From positions 1 to 48,371 of IMG/VR virus record IMGVR_UViG_3300025451_000019: DNA of 48,371 nt. The stretch is one strand, 5' to 3'. A program made the position numbers and the translations under genes. Shown here one piece after another: positions 47,413 to 48,371 of this stretch. The DNA comes from a virus (Duplodnaviria > Caudoviricetes). Each line of letters begins with the position of its first letter. The stretch's first letter is position 1. The notes below the pieces were generated by a model. It searched no databases, was not told the origin of the DNA, and was given only the letters and a program-made list of their open reading frames with translations.

Positions 47413-47560
47413 TAGAGACTGGTTAGACAAAGTTGCATTAGCGGCTAGTGTGTATTGTGAATTCCCAAATACGAATGAAGCAGAGATTGACAAGTTTATA
47501 GAATTCTTGTATTATGCTTATGGCTATGATAAGTTTTTAGAGGTGAAGAAACATGAATAG
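47405..47560 (+). CDS. Small hypothetical protein (51 aa)
   Basis: MTDRDWLDKVALAASVY...FIEFLYYAYGY; overlaps both neighbouring genes by 8 nt. Confidence 0.6.
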   Translation: MTDRDWLDKVALAASVYCEFPNTNEAEIDKFIEFLYYAYGYDKFLEVKKHE

Positions 47561-47981
47561 AATTGGGTTTACATGTTCATCGTTTGATTTATTTCATGCT
47601 GGTCATGTATCAATGCTGCGAGAAGCAAAGTCACAGTGTGATTATCTTATTGTAGGACTACAGACTGATCCTACGATTGATCGTCCAGAAAAGAATAAAC
47701 CCATTCAATCGATTACAGAACGATACATTCAACTTTCAGGATGTAAATATGTAGACGAGATAGTTATGTATGCAACTGAAAATGATCTTACAAATGTTTT
47801 GAAAACGTTTTCAATTGATGTTCGCATTTTAGGTGAAGAGTATCGTCATCGACCATTCACTGGAAAAGATATTGAAATGGAATTCTATTTTAATACCCGT
47901 CAACATAGTTTTAGTACAACCGAATTACGCGAAAGAATCGCTAACGCAGAAGTACTCAGCGCCTCATTGAGAAGAAAATGA
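47553..47981 (+). CDS. Cytidylyltransferase, glycerol-3-phosphate cytidylyltransferase (TagD)-like
   Basis: HIGH-type 'FDLFHAGH', 'YLIVGLQTDP', 'CKYVDEI' and C-terminal 'R.HSFSTTELR'; SD GAGG. Confidence 0.85.
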   Translation: MNRIGFTCSSFDLFHAGHVSMLREAKSQCDYLIVGLQTDPTIDRPEKNKPIQSITERYIQLSGCKYVDEIVMYATENDLTNVLKTFSIDVRILGEEYRHRPFTGKDIEMEFYFNTRQHSFSTTELRERIANAEVLSASLRRK

Positions 47982-48371
47982 AAGTAGCAATCATAACAGA
48001 CCAACACTTTGGTGCTCGTGGTGATAGTGTTCAATGTTTAGATTACTATGAGAACTTCTATAAGAATGTTTTCTTTCCTAAGCTAAAGGAACATGGTATC
48101 ACCACGATGCTTATCCTTGGTGACACTTTTGATCGTCGTAAGTTTATCAATTTTAATACACTTGCTCGCACTAAGAAGATGTTCTTCGATAAGGCTTTCG
48201 AGGCTGGTATCCTAATCACTATGATTGCTGGAAATCACGACACGTATTTTAAGAACACCAACGAAGTCAATAGTCCTGAACTAACATTAAAAGAGTATTC
48301 TAACATTGTCATTGTTAGTAACCCAGAAACTGTTAACGTCGCTGGAACCCCAGTTTGTTTTCTCCCTTGGA
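47978..48371 (+). CDS. gp47: Recombination endonuclease subunit gp47 (Mre11/SbcD-like), 3'-truncated
   Basis: Hand translation MKVAIITDQHFGARGDS...LGDTFDRRK...AGNHDTYFKNTN shows the phosphoesterase motifs. ATGA overlap with the upstream gene; the ORF runs off the window. Confidence 0.93.
   Translation, partial: MKVAIITDQHFGARGDSVQCLDYYENFYKNVFFPKLKEHGITTMLILGDTFDRRKFINFNTLARTKKMFFDKAFEAGILITMIAGNHDTYFKNTNEVNSPELTLKEYSNIVIVSNPETVNVAGTPVCFLPW

Noticed and set aside
914-47438. Numerous minus-strand and alternate-frame ORFs of 60-165 aa in the ORF track
   Set aside because: They lie within or across convincing + strand genes and are Val/Pro/Ala-rich mirror translations of Thr/Gly/Ala codons. 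They have no recognisable motifs, so they are shadow ORFs.
1-48371. tRNA/rRNA genes or stop-codon reassignment
   Set aside because: Intergenic gaps are short and show no cloverleaf. Core genes translate full-length in the standard code.

Overview
This 48 kb window is the virion morphogenesis module of a large T4-like myophage with a cyanophage/freshwater-type architecture. All credible genes are on the + strand. The order is: gp7 baseplate wedge (5'-truncated), a small conserved virion protein, gp8, a 1856-aa DUF4815/VrlC-like protein, and a ~19 kb block of fibre and adhesin genes in place of T4 gp9-12/wac. That block holds five long fibres, three LamG-like lectins and several adaptors. Next come gp13, a free-standing HNH/NUMOD3 homing endonuclease, gp14, gp15, gp17, gp18, gp19, gp20, a gp67-like ORF missed by the ORF track, a hypothetical, gp21, gp22, gp23, gp3, uvsY, uvsW, gp55, a TagD-like cytidylyltransferase and the start of gp47. 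T4 late promoters ((T/A/G)ATAAATA) punctuate the module. The most notable observations are: fibres built from cassettes bounded by shared junction repeats; a possible C-terminal xGGx(F/Y) to N-terminal 'IK(R/K)S..GELA' daisy-chain; a late promoter followed directly by a terminator and an SD-occluding hairpin in front of the adhesin cassette; a symmetric back-to-back TGTACA-N17-TATAAT promoter pair at gp55, one arm firing antisense into the late module; no gp16 at its usual position; and an apparently leaderless gp3 mRNA. Assignments rest on recognised motifs and synteny only; no searches were run.
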